Shown: positions 25,942 to 35,769 of the stretch, one piece after another
How positions within the stretch are numbered: the first letter of the stretch is position 1
How the letters are laid out: every line of letters begins with the position of its first letter
From: Dehalococcoidia bacterium
Lineage (GTDB): Bacteria; Chloroflexota; Dehalococcoidia; Lucifugimonadales; UBA3495
Reading direction: 5' to 3'
NCBI GenBank assembly: GCA_965203855.1
Contig: CBDBDN010000009.1
Coordinates: 180,208 to 244,207, forward strand
Length of the DNA stretch: 64,000 nucleotides
Position numbers and translations under genes: made by a program
The notes under the pieces: generated by a model
Database searches by the model: none
What the model was told of the DNA's origin: nothing
Seen by the model: only the letters and a program-made list of their open reading frames with translations

Positions 25942-28851
25942 CTAGATGACCAGGTGCGCCCCTTTTGGCCGCCGCTTGCCGCCGTGGACGCTGGGTTCGG
26001 CGCACCATTTGGCCGCCAGCCGTCGTACTCCCTGATAGACGGCATCGTCAAACCCCAGCAGGTCGCACAATACGCGGCGGTCCAGCAGCGCGCGGTTGGG
26101 GTCGGCATCGGCTAGGTAGGCCGGCTGGAGTTCTTTGTCGCGGAAGTCATCAAAGACGGCTTGGGCGGTGGACAGCTGGTCATCGGACAACGCCCGCAGG
26201 TTGAGGGTAGGCAGATTGGGGATAACCAGGCGGGTCATACTGGCCTTGCTGGACTGCTGGCGGCTGGAATGCCACCAGTATGACAACAGGCCCAGCGTAC
26301 TGTTGCTCCATACCGTAAAGGCGTAATCAAATCGGTGGTCGTCAAAACCGATATTGGGCCACACCCTACCGCCGAGAGATGCCAGTTCCGTAAAGGCCAC
26401 CGCGAGGGCTTGGGAGCCGAAAGTGAAATCCCGGTTCAGATGCGCTCGGCCGGCAGTGCTCCAGAGTTCTGCGGCGCGGCTTTCCCTACCTGGGCGTACG
26501 CGCAACTGCGCGTCAGGCTTGCAAATCAGGCGGGTCTCACGGCGCGCGTGGTGGTTGTAAAGCGCCGGGTAGGTTGCCGTGGGGCTAGGCGCCATCTTGA
26601 TGAAAGGGCCGCCGTGGGTAGTCATGGTTAGCAGGGAGTCGTGGACACCCAGTTGCCCGATTTCCCTCAAGTGCGTCATTGGCAACGACCAAGCTTGCGG
26701 TTCGGCGGGCAGCCGGATATTGCCGGCAACCAGTGAATACGCTACTTGCGCGAGGGACGCATCCAGCAAGCGGCCGGCGCCCCAGCCGTTGTCGTGGTCA
26801 TCAAGGGGGGCGTCCAGTATTTCGCCGGCCAGAGTATCCCCGGTGTAAATGGGTATGCCGCCATAAGGCCCGTCCTCAATGCAGCGCATTGCGTCGTTGT
26901 CGGCGATGGCGGCGGCAATTTCCCGCGCTTCGGCAAAGCTGCGGGGCCGACGGCGCAGGGAGATGAACCGGGCACGCCCGGAGGATTTTTCACCTTTGAC
27001 CAGCCGCCGGCCAATCACTAGACACTCGGCAACTCCGGTGTCCGATGAAAATGACATATCGGTGCCGTTGGCCGCAACGCTTACGATAGTTACATCGGTA
27101 TATTTTTCGGCAATCAGCCGCCGAAACTTGGCCCACGACGCGCCGTTGACGGCCGTAAAGAGTATTAGCAAGGCGATGACGCCGCCGGGGCGCACTTTTT
27201 TGTCAGCAATGGCCGCAAAGGCCGCCCCTAACCCGGCATGACCGTGATAGCAGGAATGCTGTGCAAATCGGGTTAGCCGCGCCGACATATCATCCTGGTC
27301 GGCTATGGGAGCGCCAAAAGAGGCAAAGGCGGCGTTCTGCACATTTCCGTCAGCGTCCCGGTGCTTGGTATTGCTGGTAAAGGGCGGGTTCATTATCACC
27401 AAGTCAAACCTGCCGTCAGGGATGTCGGCGATGATTTGCGCCGCCGTTTCCTCGCCTACACTGCCTGTCCGCAATGCCGGGTCGCTGGTGTTAAACAGCG
27501 TCATCGCTGCCGATGATTGCAGCAGTTCCAATGAGCCGATGCGAACATCGCCGTCCTTTTGCCGCCCGTAAGCCAGGGTGTAAAGCCTGGAGTTATCGAA
27601 AAGCGCGGCTGGAACGATGCCCGACAGAGTGGAGCCGGTAATATGCACTGCCGACGGCATCACGTCGCAACCGTAAAGAACCTCCTGCATCATCGCGGTA
27701 TGCAGTTGCTCCGGATCGCCGCCAGTCTGGGAATGGCGCGCCGCGATTTGTTCGTACACCGCGGACAGCAGCGCGCCGGTGCCGCAGGCGAAATCAGCAA
27801 TCCTCAACTGCCCAACGGCTTCGGCATCATTCCAATCTACGCCGCGCAGCCTGCTCACTGCCAAGCGCGCCAGCAGGGCGGCCGACGCCGGCAGTGTGTA
27901 GAAAGTCGCCAGATACTTACGGTCGGCAATCAGCCGCTGAAATATCCGCCCTGTTAAGTCGTGGGCATTGTCCACCCCGGCGGCGGCGATCTGTTGCGCG
28001 GTATCCCGAAGTTCGGCTAGTATCCGCGCAGCGTCCCCAGCCGGCAACTGTTCCAAAATGTCTTTGGCGATGGCGAAAATGGCCCAGTAGTTGATTTGCA
28101 GAATATTCGACCATGCTTCCAGCGTAACGCTTTGCGGGTTGGCGACTCCCGGTCCGCAAATCAAGTTCAACGGTTTGACGCCGGCGTGCATCCCAGCAAT
28201 ACGTTGGTGGAAAACCAAGGCGTTAGCTATGATAGCGCAGGCCATCCGTCGCGTTTGCGGCACATCGGACATTCCCAGCCGCCGGGCAATATCGGGTGTT
28301 ATGTTTGGTCGTAGCTGCGCCATGTGGTTAAGGATGCTGACCGCCCTCTCAATGCCCTGTTCTAACGCGGCCGCCGCATCCTCCACTGCTCGTTGCGGCA
28401 CGGACACCAGTCGTATTAGATCCGCCAGGTCAGTAGCGGAACCGTTGAGCCACCCCGACTCGGGGAAGCGCGCCCCACTTTCATAAAGTACACAGTAAAA
28501 CATCCGGGCATCGCCTATTGCCGCGTCCAGGTCATAAGCGTTCTCAATAGCTCTGGGATAGCGCAAAGCGATGGCCGCCTCAATAGTACGCGGTTCGCCG
28601 GTTACCGCCAACCCCAGCCGTTCACGGGCGTCCTGCTCTGCCTCTGGGCCGGGTTCATACTCGGCTTCCACTACCACCGGCGACCGTCCGGCGGCAGTAA
28701 TCAAAATATCAGGATGCCGACCGAAATGTTCTACCAACGTCTGCGTCTGCTCGTAGCGCACGGCATAGCCGGGCAACATCCGGCGCAGCAACGCGCCCAA
28801 AGCGTTGTTAGCGTTGGGTTCAGTCTGGCGTGTTTGCAGTGTGGACATCAT
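25942..28851 (-). CDS. 969-aa N6-adenine DNA methyltransferase fusion (nuclease-like N-terminus, MTase core, uncharacterised C-terminal half)
   Basis: Motif I DFACGTGALL (27775-27795), motif IV NPPF (27379-27390), TFYTLP upstream motif. N-terminal HPDILIT...VVVEAEY is PD-(D/E)xK-like. Confidence 0.75.
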   Translation of the reverse strand: MMSTLQTRQTEPNANNALGALLRRMLPGYAVRYEQTQTLVEHFGRHPDILITAAGRSPVVVEAEYEPGPEAEQDARERLGLAVTGEPRTIEAAIALRYPRAIENAYDLDAAIGDARMFYCVLYESGARFPESGWLNGSATDLADLIRLVSVPQRAVEDAAAALEQGIERAVSILNHMAQLRPNITPDIARRLGMSDVPQTRRMACAIIANALVFHQRIAGMHAGVKPLNLICGPGVANPQSVTLEAWSNILQINYWAIFAIAKDILEQLPAGDAARILAELRDTAQQIAAAGVDNAHDLTGRIFQRLIADRKYLATFYTLPASAALLARLAVSRLRGVDWNDAEAVGQLRIADFACGTGALLSAVYEQIAARHSQTGGDPEQLHTAMMQEVLYGCDVMPSAVHITGSTLSGIVPAALFDNSRLYTLAYGRQKDGDVRIGSLELLQSSAAMTLFNTSDPALRTGSVGEETAAQIIADIPDGRFDLVIMNPPFTSNTKHRDADGNVQNAAFASFGAPIADQDDMSARLTRFAQHSCYHGHAGLGAAFAAIADKKVRPGGVIALLILFTAVNGASWAKFRRLIAEKYTDVTIVSVAANGTDMSFSSDTGVAECLVIGRRLVKGEKSSGRARFISLRRRPRSFAEAREIAAAIADNDAMRCIEDGPYGGIPIYTGDTLAGEILDAPLDDHDNGWGAGRLLDASLAQVAYSLVAGNIRLPAEPQAWSLPMTHLREIGQLGVHDSLLTMTTHGGPFIKMAPSPTATYPALYNHHARRETRLICKPDAQLRVRPGRESRAAELWSTAGRAHLNRDFTFGSQALAVAFTELASLGGRVWPNIGFDDHRFDYAFTVWSNSTLGLLSYWWHSSRQQSSKASMTRLVIPNLPTLNLRALSDDQLSTAQAVFDDFRDKELQPAYLADADPNRALLDRRVLCDLLGFDDAVYQGVRRLAAKWCAEPSVHGGKRRPKGAHLVI

Positions 28852-29069
28852 CCTTACCCCTCACGATAGCGGCAAGGGTAGCGAGTTTATAGGCGATTTA
28901 CCGAGCCTGTCAAACTGCGCCTGTCATACCGTTTCTAATCCCCGGTTGACCCACCTACTGCTCCCCGCTATCATCCCTATCAGTTCCCGCATATTATGTC
29001 AGCGGTTCGCCAATGCTGTATTACGGCTTGTCCGCACCGTCCCAACTACCCAAACCAGGAGCCCGTATT

Positions 29070-30788
29070 ATGCCCCAAGCCAGCGAGCTTATCGTTCAGT
29101 TTTTGCAAGAGGCCGGCGTTGATGCCGTGTTTGGCATTCCCGGCGGCGGCACCGGCCAGATTTTCGGCCATCTGGTTGGCAAAGAGCCGGCTATCAATAC
29201 CTATCTGACGCGGCATGAGCAGACCGCCGCTATTATGGCCGATGCCTACGCCCGCGCCGCCGGCAAGCCCGCCGTCATTATGGGGCAGGGGCTGTTTATG
29301 GGTTCTAACGCCGCTTTCGGCATTATGGAGGCGATGCTGTCCAGCAGCCCGATGCTGGTGCTGACCGATACTTCCGACGGCGGCGTGGGGCAGCATCCCG
29401 CCAACCAGTCCGGCGCGGGCGAGTACGGCAGCATTGACTTGCACAACATCTTTCGGGCGATGACCAAGTACACTACTTTGGCTACTTCGCCCAAAGAGGC
29501 GGCGCTGGGCGCGCAGCTGGCCATCAAGCATTCGTTGAGCGGACGCCCCGGCCCCACTTGCCTGCTGATGCGTACCGCCGCCATCGGGGGCGAGGTTGAC
29601 CTGGAAACGCCGCCTTTTATCCACGATACCGCCGGCTACCTGAACACCGCCAAGCCGCAGGCCGCGCCCCAGGACATTGAACGCGCCGTGGCGATACTGG
29701 CGCAGTCGCAGCGTCCGGTCATCGTGGCCGGCAACGGCGTCCATATGGCCCGCGCCCACGATGCCCTGCGCCGGCTGGCCGAGCAGTGGAACGCGCCCAT
29801 TGCTACCAGCTACAAGGGGAAGTCGGCTATTGCCGAAACGCATCCTCTCTCTGTTGGAATGGCGGGCATCTATGGACAGGAAGCTGCCAACCGCGCGGTG
29901 GGCGATGCGGATACGGTCGTTATCGTCGGGGCCAAGCTCAGCCCGCAGGATACGGTGCGGGAACGCCCCAATGTGTTCAATCCGCGCGGCCAGCGCATCA
30001 TCCAGATTGACATTGACGACCGCAACGCCGGCTGGACTTTCCCCGTAGAACTGGGCCTGATTGGCGATGCTGGCAGTATCCTCAACCAGCTGGTTGACGC
30101 CTCTGTCGATGTTGCGGCGTCCACTGCCGGCAGCCGGAGCGAATGGGCCGCCGCTTTGCCCGGTCGCAAGCGCGAGCTGGGTTTCTATGCGGATGCCGGC
30201 TGCGACACCGATTCGGCGCCGGCTTTGCCGCAGCGGGTCGTGCGTTTGTTGCAGGAAACGATGCCCGCCGATACGGTGTACGCTCTGGACGCCGGCAACA
30301 ACCGCACCTGGATGGCGCATCTGTACCAGGCGCAGCAGGCGCATACCTTTTTCTGCCCCGGCGGTACGGCTGGAATGGGGTGGGGGCTGCCGGCCGCCGT
30401 CGGCCTGCAAATCGCCTACCCCGGCCGGCCGGTGGTCTGCGTAACCGGAGACGGCGGCTATATGATGACCGTCAACGCCCTGTCCACTGCGATGCAGTAC
30501 AACCTGCCCATCATCTGCGTGGTGTTCAACGACGGCGCGCTGGGAATGGTGCGGCATCACCAGTCACCGGGGCAGTACATCGCCTCCGAGTTTGCCGAAA
30601 CCGACAACGCCGCGGTAGCGCGGGGGTTTGGCTGCTTCGGCGTGCAGGTGGCCGACTCTCGCGACTTGCCCGATGCGCTGCGCCAGGCCCGGGCATCCGG
30701 CCGGCCGGCGGTGGTGGATGTACTGATAGACCGCGGCCCCAGCCCGGACGACTGGCGCGCCGACTTGCGGACGGCGGGGGAGACCTGA
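29070..30788 (+). CDS. thiamine-diphosphate-dependent enzyme (acetolactate synthase-like)
   Basis: AGGAG RBS then ATG 29070. GVDAVFGIPGG and GDGGYMMTVNALSTA...NDGALG motifs. Confidence 0.85.
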   Translation: MPQASELIVQFLQEAGVDAVFGIPGGGTGQIFGHLVGKEPAINTYLTRHEQTAAIMADAYARAAGKPAVIMGQGLFMGSNAAFGIMEAMLSSSPMLVLTDTSDGGVGQHPANQSGAGEYGSIDLHNIFRAMTKYTTLATSPKEAALGAQLAIKHSLSGRPGPTCLLMRTAAIGGEVDLETPPFIHDTAGYLNTAKPQAAPQDIERAVAILAQSQRPVIVAGNGVHMARAHDALRRLAEQWNAPIATSYKGKSAIAETHPLSVGMAGIYGQEAANRAVGDADTVVIVGAKLSPQDTVRERPNVFNPRGQRIIQIDIDDRNAGWTFPVELGLIGDAGSILNQLVDASVDVAASTAGSRSEWAAALPGRKRELGFYADAGCDTDSAPALPQRVVRLLQETMPADTVYALDAGNNRTWMAHLYQAQQAHTFFCPGGTAGMGWGLPAAVGLQIAYPGRPVVCVTGDGGYMMTVNALSTAMQYNLPIICVVFNDGALGMVRHHQSPGQYIASEFAETDNAAVARGFGCFGVQVADSRDLPDALRQARASGRPAVVDVLIDRGPSPDDWRADLRTAGET

Positions 30789-30838
30789 TGCGGTATAATG
30801 GGCAGACAACCAGCCAATCTATCCGTCAGGAGATTACC

Positions 30839-31144
30839 ATGTTTTCAGTGTCCACAAAGGTTAGCGACCAGGAGATAGAGGAGATGATTGCCAGCTTGGG
30901 CGGACACACCGCCATTGCGGAGGGCATCCGCTGGTACGGGGAACGCTGCGACCTGTTCGACAGCCGACGCCGTGAGCTAACCGCCAAATACCCGGACCAG
31001 TTCGTCGCCATGGCCGCCGACGATACCATCATAGCGTCCGAAACGCTGGATGGCCTTTTCGACGAAATAGACCGTAACGGCATTGAGCGGGAACCCTGCG
31101 TCATAGAGTTCCTCGGGGCCAAGCCGGTAGTGTGGATTATATGA
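30839..31144 (+). CDS. small DUF5678-like protein
   Basis: AGGAG RBS 6 nt before ATG 30839. KYPDQFVAMAADDTIIASETLDGLFDEI pattern. Stop overlaps the next start (ATGA). Confidence 0.5.
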   Translation: MFSVSTKVSDQEIEEMIASLGGHTAIAEGIRWYGERCDLFDSRRRELTAKYPDQFVAMAADDTIIASETLDGLFDEIDRNGIEREPCVIEFLGAKPVVWII

Positions 31145-31566
31145 TTGTCGGCGAATTCGATGATTGGGGACAGCCTATTCTGCGCGCCCGCTTACTAATC
31201 CCCCGTCTCCGTATTAGCGGACCCGTCAACTTTCTGATCGACACCGGCGCCAGCAAAACTTGCTTGCATCCGTATGCCGGCCGGCGCATCCAAATCCCCT
31301 TTGACGAACTGCTAAATCCGCAAGATGCCGTCGGTGTTGGCGGGACTGGTTCCTATTACTCCGAAGCGGCGGCGGTCTTGCTGTACGATGGGGAGCTCAG
31401 CCACAGATTTGATGTGTCTCTTTTAATAGCCAAGCCAGAGCCATCCACCCGGTCCAACCCCAACCCGGCTGTCAACGGCCTCCCCTCGCTCCTCGGACGC
31501 GATGTCCTCAACCGCCTTCGCATTGATTACGATTATCCCGCTGGTCGCTTGCGTTTCTTTCCGTAG
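31141..31566 (+). CDS. retropepsin-like (clan AA) aspartic protease
   Basis: FLIDTGAS catalytic motif and LLGRDVL flap-region motif. ATG 31141 overlaps the upstream stop. GTG 31132 is an alternative start. Confidence 0.7.
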   Translation: MIVGEFDDWGQPILRARLLIPRLRISGPVNFLIDTGASKTCLHPYAGRRIQIPFDELLNPQDAVGVGGTGSYYSEAAAVLLYDGELSHRFDVSLLIAKPEPSTRSNPNPAVNGLPSLLGRDVLNRLRIDYDYPAGRLRFFP

Positions 31567-31593
31567 CGGCGCAGCGGATAGAGGAGATTAGTA

Positions 31594-33714
31594 ATGCCTT
31601 TTTGGACTGACCAGCAGCTGGCATCCATTGACCGGATGCTGAACCCGCGTTCCATCGCCGTGGTCGGCGCTACGCCGCGGATGCAGTACGGCGGGCGGTT
31701 TCTGGCGGCTGCGATGCAGGCCGCCGGCCGGGTTAATGTCTATCCGGTCAATCCGCGCTATGAGGAGGTGCAGGGCGTCAGGTGCTACCCGTCGGTTAGC
31801 GACTTGCCCGCAGCGCCTGATGTGGTTGGCGTCGTCGTTCCTTATCACGCCGTGCTGGACACGCTGCGGGAAAGCCATGCTAAAGGCGCTCGCTCGGCCA
31901 TCGTCATCTCGGCCGGTTTTGCGGAGCGCGGCCTTGAGGACCGCCGGGAGCTGCAAGTTGAGCTGGGGCGTTTGGCGCAGGAAACGGGTATGCGCGTCAG
32001 CGGCCCCAACTGCCTCGGTCTGGCAAATCTGAAAGACGACATCTGGGCCAGCGCATCCTCGCGCGGCGCCGCCGGATTGAGCGGCCCCATCGGGCTGGTC
32101 TGCCAGAGCGGGGCATCGGCTTTTGGCCCGTTCCTGACGCGCGCCGTGGACGAAGGCATCGGTTTCAGCTACATTGTGTCCACCGGCAACGAAGCGGACC
32201 TGGATTTCTGCGACTTCGCCCGCTATCTGCTGGACGATGACGACACGCGCGTTATCGCCGGCTTTATTGAGGGGTTCAAGGACGGGCGCAAGTTTCTGGA
32301 AGTGGCGCGGCTGGCGGCGGAACGCGGCAAGCCCATCGTGCTAATCAAAATTGGACGCTCCGAGCTGGGCGCCCGCGCCGCCGGCTCGCACACCGCCGCC
32401 CTTACCGGCGTTGACGCCGTTTATGACGCCGCTTTCGCTCAATATGGCGTCATTCGGGTGCAGGATTATGACGACCTGCTGCAAGTGTCCAACCTGCTGG
32501 CCCGCTGCCCCCGCCCGCCCCGGCGCGGCGTCGCTGTCGTATCCCATTCCGGCGGCATCAGCAGCCTGACCGCCGATATGTTCGGGCAGGCCGGGCTGGA
32601 CTTGCCGCCGCTCTCCGAACAGGCGCGGGACGGCATCAACGGCATCCTGAAAGGCTTCGGCTGGGCGGCCAACCCGTCGGATGTTACCGGCTTTGCCAAC
32701 AGCGACGATTTTCCCGCCATTATGTCATTTATGGCTGATGACGAGAATGTGGGTACGCTGGTGGTAGCCTCTGCCGGCGCTGATGCCCAGGCCGCGCAGG
32801 TTATCGCGCAGCGCGATGCCAGCGATAAGCCCGCAGCATTTCTTTGGACGGGTACGCGCGCCGCCGCATCCGGTCTGCCGCTGCTGCGACAGGCCGGCAT
32901 CCCGGTCTTTTATGTGCCGGACAAGCTGGCCGCCGGCGTCCGCTATCTGAACGATTACCACGACTGGCGGGAGCAGCGGCTGGCGCGCGGCTTTGCGGAC
33001 ACGCCGGCGCTAACCGACGCGCAGTCACGGGCGGCGGCCAAACTGGCCGGCTCCGGCGCGCTTTCCGAGTATGACAGCAAGGCGCTGCTGGCGGCCTTTG
33101 GCATTCCGGTTACGCAGGATGAACCGGCGGGGGATGCGGACGCCGCCGTTGCCGCTGCCGACCGCATCGGTTATCCGGCAGCAATGAAAGTAGATTCGGC
33201 GGACATACTGCACAAAACCGAAGCGGACGCTATCCGTCTCAACCTAGGCGATGCGGCGGCGGTGCGGGCGGCCTTTGACGAAATCACCGCCAACGCCCGC
33301 CGCTATGCCCCAGAGGCCCGTATTGACGGCGTAACGGTGCAGGAAATGGTATCCGGCGGCGTTGAGACCATCGTCGGCATTTCCTATGATGCCCAGCTGG
33401 GGCCGGCGCTGCTGTTCGGCATTGGCGGCGTAATGGTGGAGGTTTATAACGATGTTGCGCTGCGTCTCTGCCCGATCACACGGGACGACGCGCTGGATCT
33501 GATTGGCGAGGTGAAGGGAGCGCGGCTGCTGCAAGGGTTCCGGGGGGCGCCGTCTGGCGATGCAGATGCGCTGGCGGATGTCCTGGTGCGGGTATCGCAG
33601 ATGGCGGCGCAGCTGGAGGGTTCGCTGGCGGAGCTGGACATCAACCCGTTAATCGTGCTGCCGGCAGGGCAGGGGGTAAAGGCGGCTGATGCGCTGGCGG
33701 TGCGGGCGTCCTAG
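31594..33714 (+). CDS. ADP-forming acyl-CoA synthetase (CoA-binding plus ATP-grasp domains)
   Basis: SIAVVGATP..., GPNCLG, SQSGA and a C-terminal ATP-grasp region are typical of NDP-forming acetate/acyl-CoA ligases. Confidence 0.85.
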   Translation: MPFWTDQQLASIDRMLNPRSIAVVGATPRMQYGGRFLAAAMQAAGRVNVYPVNPRYEEVQGVRCYPSVSDLPAAPDVVGVVVPYHAVLDTLRESHAKGARSAIVISAGFAERGLEDRRELQVELGRLAQETGMRVSGPNCLGLANLKDDIWASASSRGAAGLSGPIGLVCQSGASAFGPFLTRAVDEGIGFSYIVSTGNEADLDFCDFARYLLDDDDTRVIAGFIEGFKDGRKFLEVARLAAERGKPIVLIKIGRSELGARAAGSHTAALTGVDAVYDAAFAQYGVIRVQDYDDLLQVSNLLARCPRPPRRGVAVVSHSGGISSLTADMFGQAGLDLPPLSEQARDGINGILKGFGWAANPSDVTGFANSDDFPAIMSFMADDENVGTLVVASAGADAQAAQVIAQRDASDKPAAFLWTGTRAAASGLPLLRQAGIPVFYVPDKLAAGVRYLNDYHDWREQRLARGFADTPALTDAQSRAAAKLAGSGALSEYDSKALLAAFGIPVTQDEPAGDADAAVAAADRIGYPAAMKVDSADILHKTEADAIRLNLGDAAAVRAAFDEITANARRYAPEARIDGVTVQEMVSGGVETIVGISYDAQLGPALLFGIGGVMVEVYNDVALRLCPITRDDALDLIGEVKGARLLQGFRGAPSGDADALADVLVRVSQMAAQLEGSLAELDINPLIVLPAGQGVKAADALAVRAS

Positions 33715-33726
33715 TATCAAGTGCTA

Positions 33727-33750
33727 GGGATACCTTTGTATGGGTATCCC
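33727..33750. terminator. hairpin GGGATACC-N8-GGTATCCC between convergent genes
   Basis: Perfect 8-bp stem read from the sequence. Confidence 0.45.
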
Positions 33751-33753
33751 GCC

Positions 33754-34053
33754 TTACTTATCCAAACTTGAATCCCGTCTTGACGCCTCTACGCGGTTGC
33801 GATTGGCAAGCTGTAACGCAATTATGGCGGCCACCGTCGCGGTCGCATAGGTAGCGATGTTGGAATCGTTACGCAGCCGCCGAGCTACCGGCTTCAAGCA
33901 CTGGATTTTCCGCAACTCGGTGCCATCCGTCGCGCATTCGTATGCGGCTACCGCATAAGGCGCGAATAGAAAGCCCCAAATCACCGACGCGAAAGCTATC
34001 CAGCCAAGGCCGCCGGCGCCCAACGCGGACAGGATTTGCCTAACCCGGTTCAT
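33754..34053 (-). CDS. small membrane protein (99 aa)
   Basis: ATG 34053 overlaps the stop of the upstream 62-aa ORF (ATGA). One or two hydrophobic helices. Lower-GC segment. Confidence 0.4.
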   Translation of the reverse strand: MNRVRQILSALGAGGLGWIAFASVIWGFLFAPYAVAAYECATDGTELRKIQCLKPVARRLRNDSNIATYATATVAAIIALQLANRNRVEASRRDSSLDK

Positions 34054-34238
34054 ACACCCACATACTTCTGATAAGCGGCGCCTATAAACAACCCGCTGAT
34101 GGGAGTCATCAGAAAAAACGTTGGCATCGCCAAGTGCCACGTCCATCCAAAATGGGGAGCCGTGGAAAGCAAGGCGAAAATCAAGCCGAAAGCGAACCCG
34201 CAAACCAGCCCACCCGTTACGCCAGCCAAAACAACCAT
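34050..34238 (-). CDS. small two-helix membrane protein (62 aa)
   Basis: Hydrophobic ORF translationally coupled to the next gene. Confidence 0.4.
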   Translation of the reverse strand: MVVLAGVTGGLVCGFAFGLIFALLSTAPHFGWTWHLAMPTFFLMTPISGLFIGAAYQKYVGV

Positions 34239-34312
34239 TGCACTGCTCCCTGATAACCATTGCGCCGCCGGGGTGTGTACTACAAGGGTATCACATCCGG
34301 CAGCGACGCCCG

Positions 34313-34729
34313 TTACCTCTCTTGCATCACTTCGCCCGACAGCTGCGTTATCCGGTATAGCCGGACCAGCACTGCCGCCCCCGTCCGGTCGGGGTCCCGC
34401 TCCAGCTCTCCCGGCACTGTGCGCGACATCACATTGTCGCGAATGGCGCCCGACTTATACATTGTTGCCGTTCCGTGGAAGCGCAGATTGATCCGCTGCT
34501 CCGGGTTGCGGTAAAACAGCACAACCTTGGGGTTGGCGGCAATGTTGGCCGCCGAGGAACGCCAGGCGCGTTCCCAATAGGCCAGCGTATCCCGGTTGAA
34601 CACCAGTACGCTGCCTTTCATACTGATTTGCGGCTCTCCATCGGCCGAAACGGTGCCGATGGACATAGGGCAGCGGTCATCCAAGGCCTGGTCAATACGC
34701 CGGCGCAGTTCGTCATCAATGTAGATCAT
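34313..34729 (-). CDS. pyridoxamine 5'-phosphate oxidase-family protein
   Basis: GGGAGG RBS before ATG 34729. GTVSADGEPQISMKGS...VVLFYRNP split-barrel pattern. Confidence 0.75.
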   Translation of the reverse strand: MIYIDDELRRRIDQALDDRCPMSIGTVSADGEPQISMKGSVLVFNRDTLAYWERAWRSSAANIAANPKVVLFYRNPEQRINLRFHGTATMYKSGAIRDNVMSRTVPGELERDPDRTGAAVLVRLYRITQLSGEVMQER

Positions 34730-34822
34730 CCTGGCCTCCCTGACGGTTCCGAAACAGGTAAAGGCCGGCCAGCGGAGCGGGCCGGCGTCCGGCAAGATAT
34801 GCTCGCCTGCGAACTGCTGGCG

Positions 34823-35747
34823 CTACTCACGCGCCCGCGCTAACGCCGCCTGCTTTTCCGCATCCCGCGCGGCGCAGGCGGCGCTCATTGCCAGCACATC
34901 TTTGGCCCATTCGTCCACCGGAACGTCGATCATCCGCCCGGCGAAGGGAGCCGCCGCCGTGCCGGCGGCCAGCGCCTGCGCGAATACTTCCCGCACTTGC
35001 GTATAGTACTCAACCAGCGACTCGGCGGGGGTAAAGGCGGTGTTGATGGCGTCAACCCAGTGGGGGCGGTCGCAGAGCATACCTTTGAACCCCAGATTGC
35101 GCGCATCCGTGGCGATTTTCACCTTATCATCGTCCGAGAGGCCGGCTCCGCCTTGGCCCATCGGGTCGATAAAGGCGATGGGCCGGACGCCGGCGGCGGT
35201 AGCCTCGATGCAGATGCGTCCCTTGGCGTACACAAATGGGTCAAGCTCCGGCCTTTGTACGATGCCTAGGTTGGCGGCCAGCGCGGCTTCGTCAATCGCA
35301 ACCCGGCGGGTGCGCGGGCTGGCGGTGATGATCTGCCGCACATTCCAGACGCCGGCGGCGGTTTCCAGCGCCACCGTCAATTCCACAGACCCGACGGCAA
35401 TCCCGCGCTGGCGTTCCAGTTCGGCCAGGCAGTCATCCGCCGCAGCTACATCCGCCGCCGATTCCACGCCGGGCAGGATGATGCCGCACAAGCCGGCGCA
35501 CACAGCGGCGTCAAGGTCCGCATAAAAAGCGGCGGCGTTGACCCATACGAAAACATCGGCGCCGCCCCGTCCTACCGCGGCAATGGCCGCAGGCAACGAC
35601 TGCCGCGCGGCATTCATTTGATGCGCCGGTATCCCGCCGTGCAAATCCAGCGTTACGGCATCGGCATTGTGCGACCAGGCGGTTGCAATCGCTGCGGCAT
35701 CGGTTGGCCGGCAGCACCAGGTTAGAACGGCGGACGAGTATGGACAT
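34823..35747 (-). pseudogene. CitE/HpcH-like aldolase-lyase family protein, N-terminus in another frame
   Basis: MSILVRRSNLVLPAN (from ATG 35747) is the typical family N-terminus. The body (DAAAIATAWSHNADAVTLDL...) continues in a different frame. They join if one G near 35701-35703 is removed. Confidence 0.65.
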
Positions 35748-35769
35748 ACTGATTTACTCCCGGCGGCAG

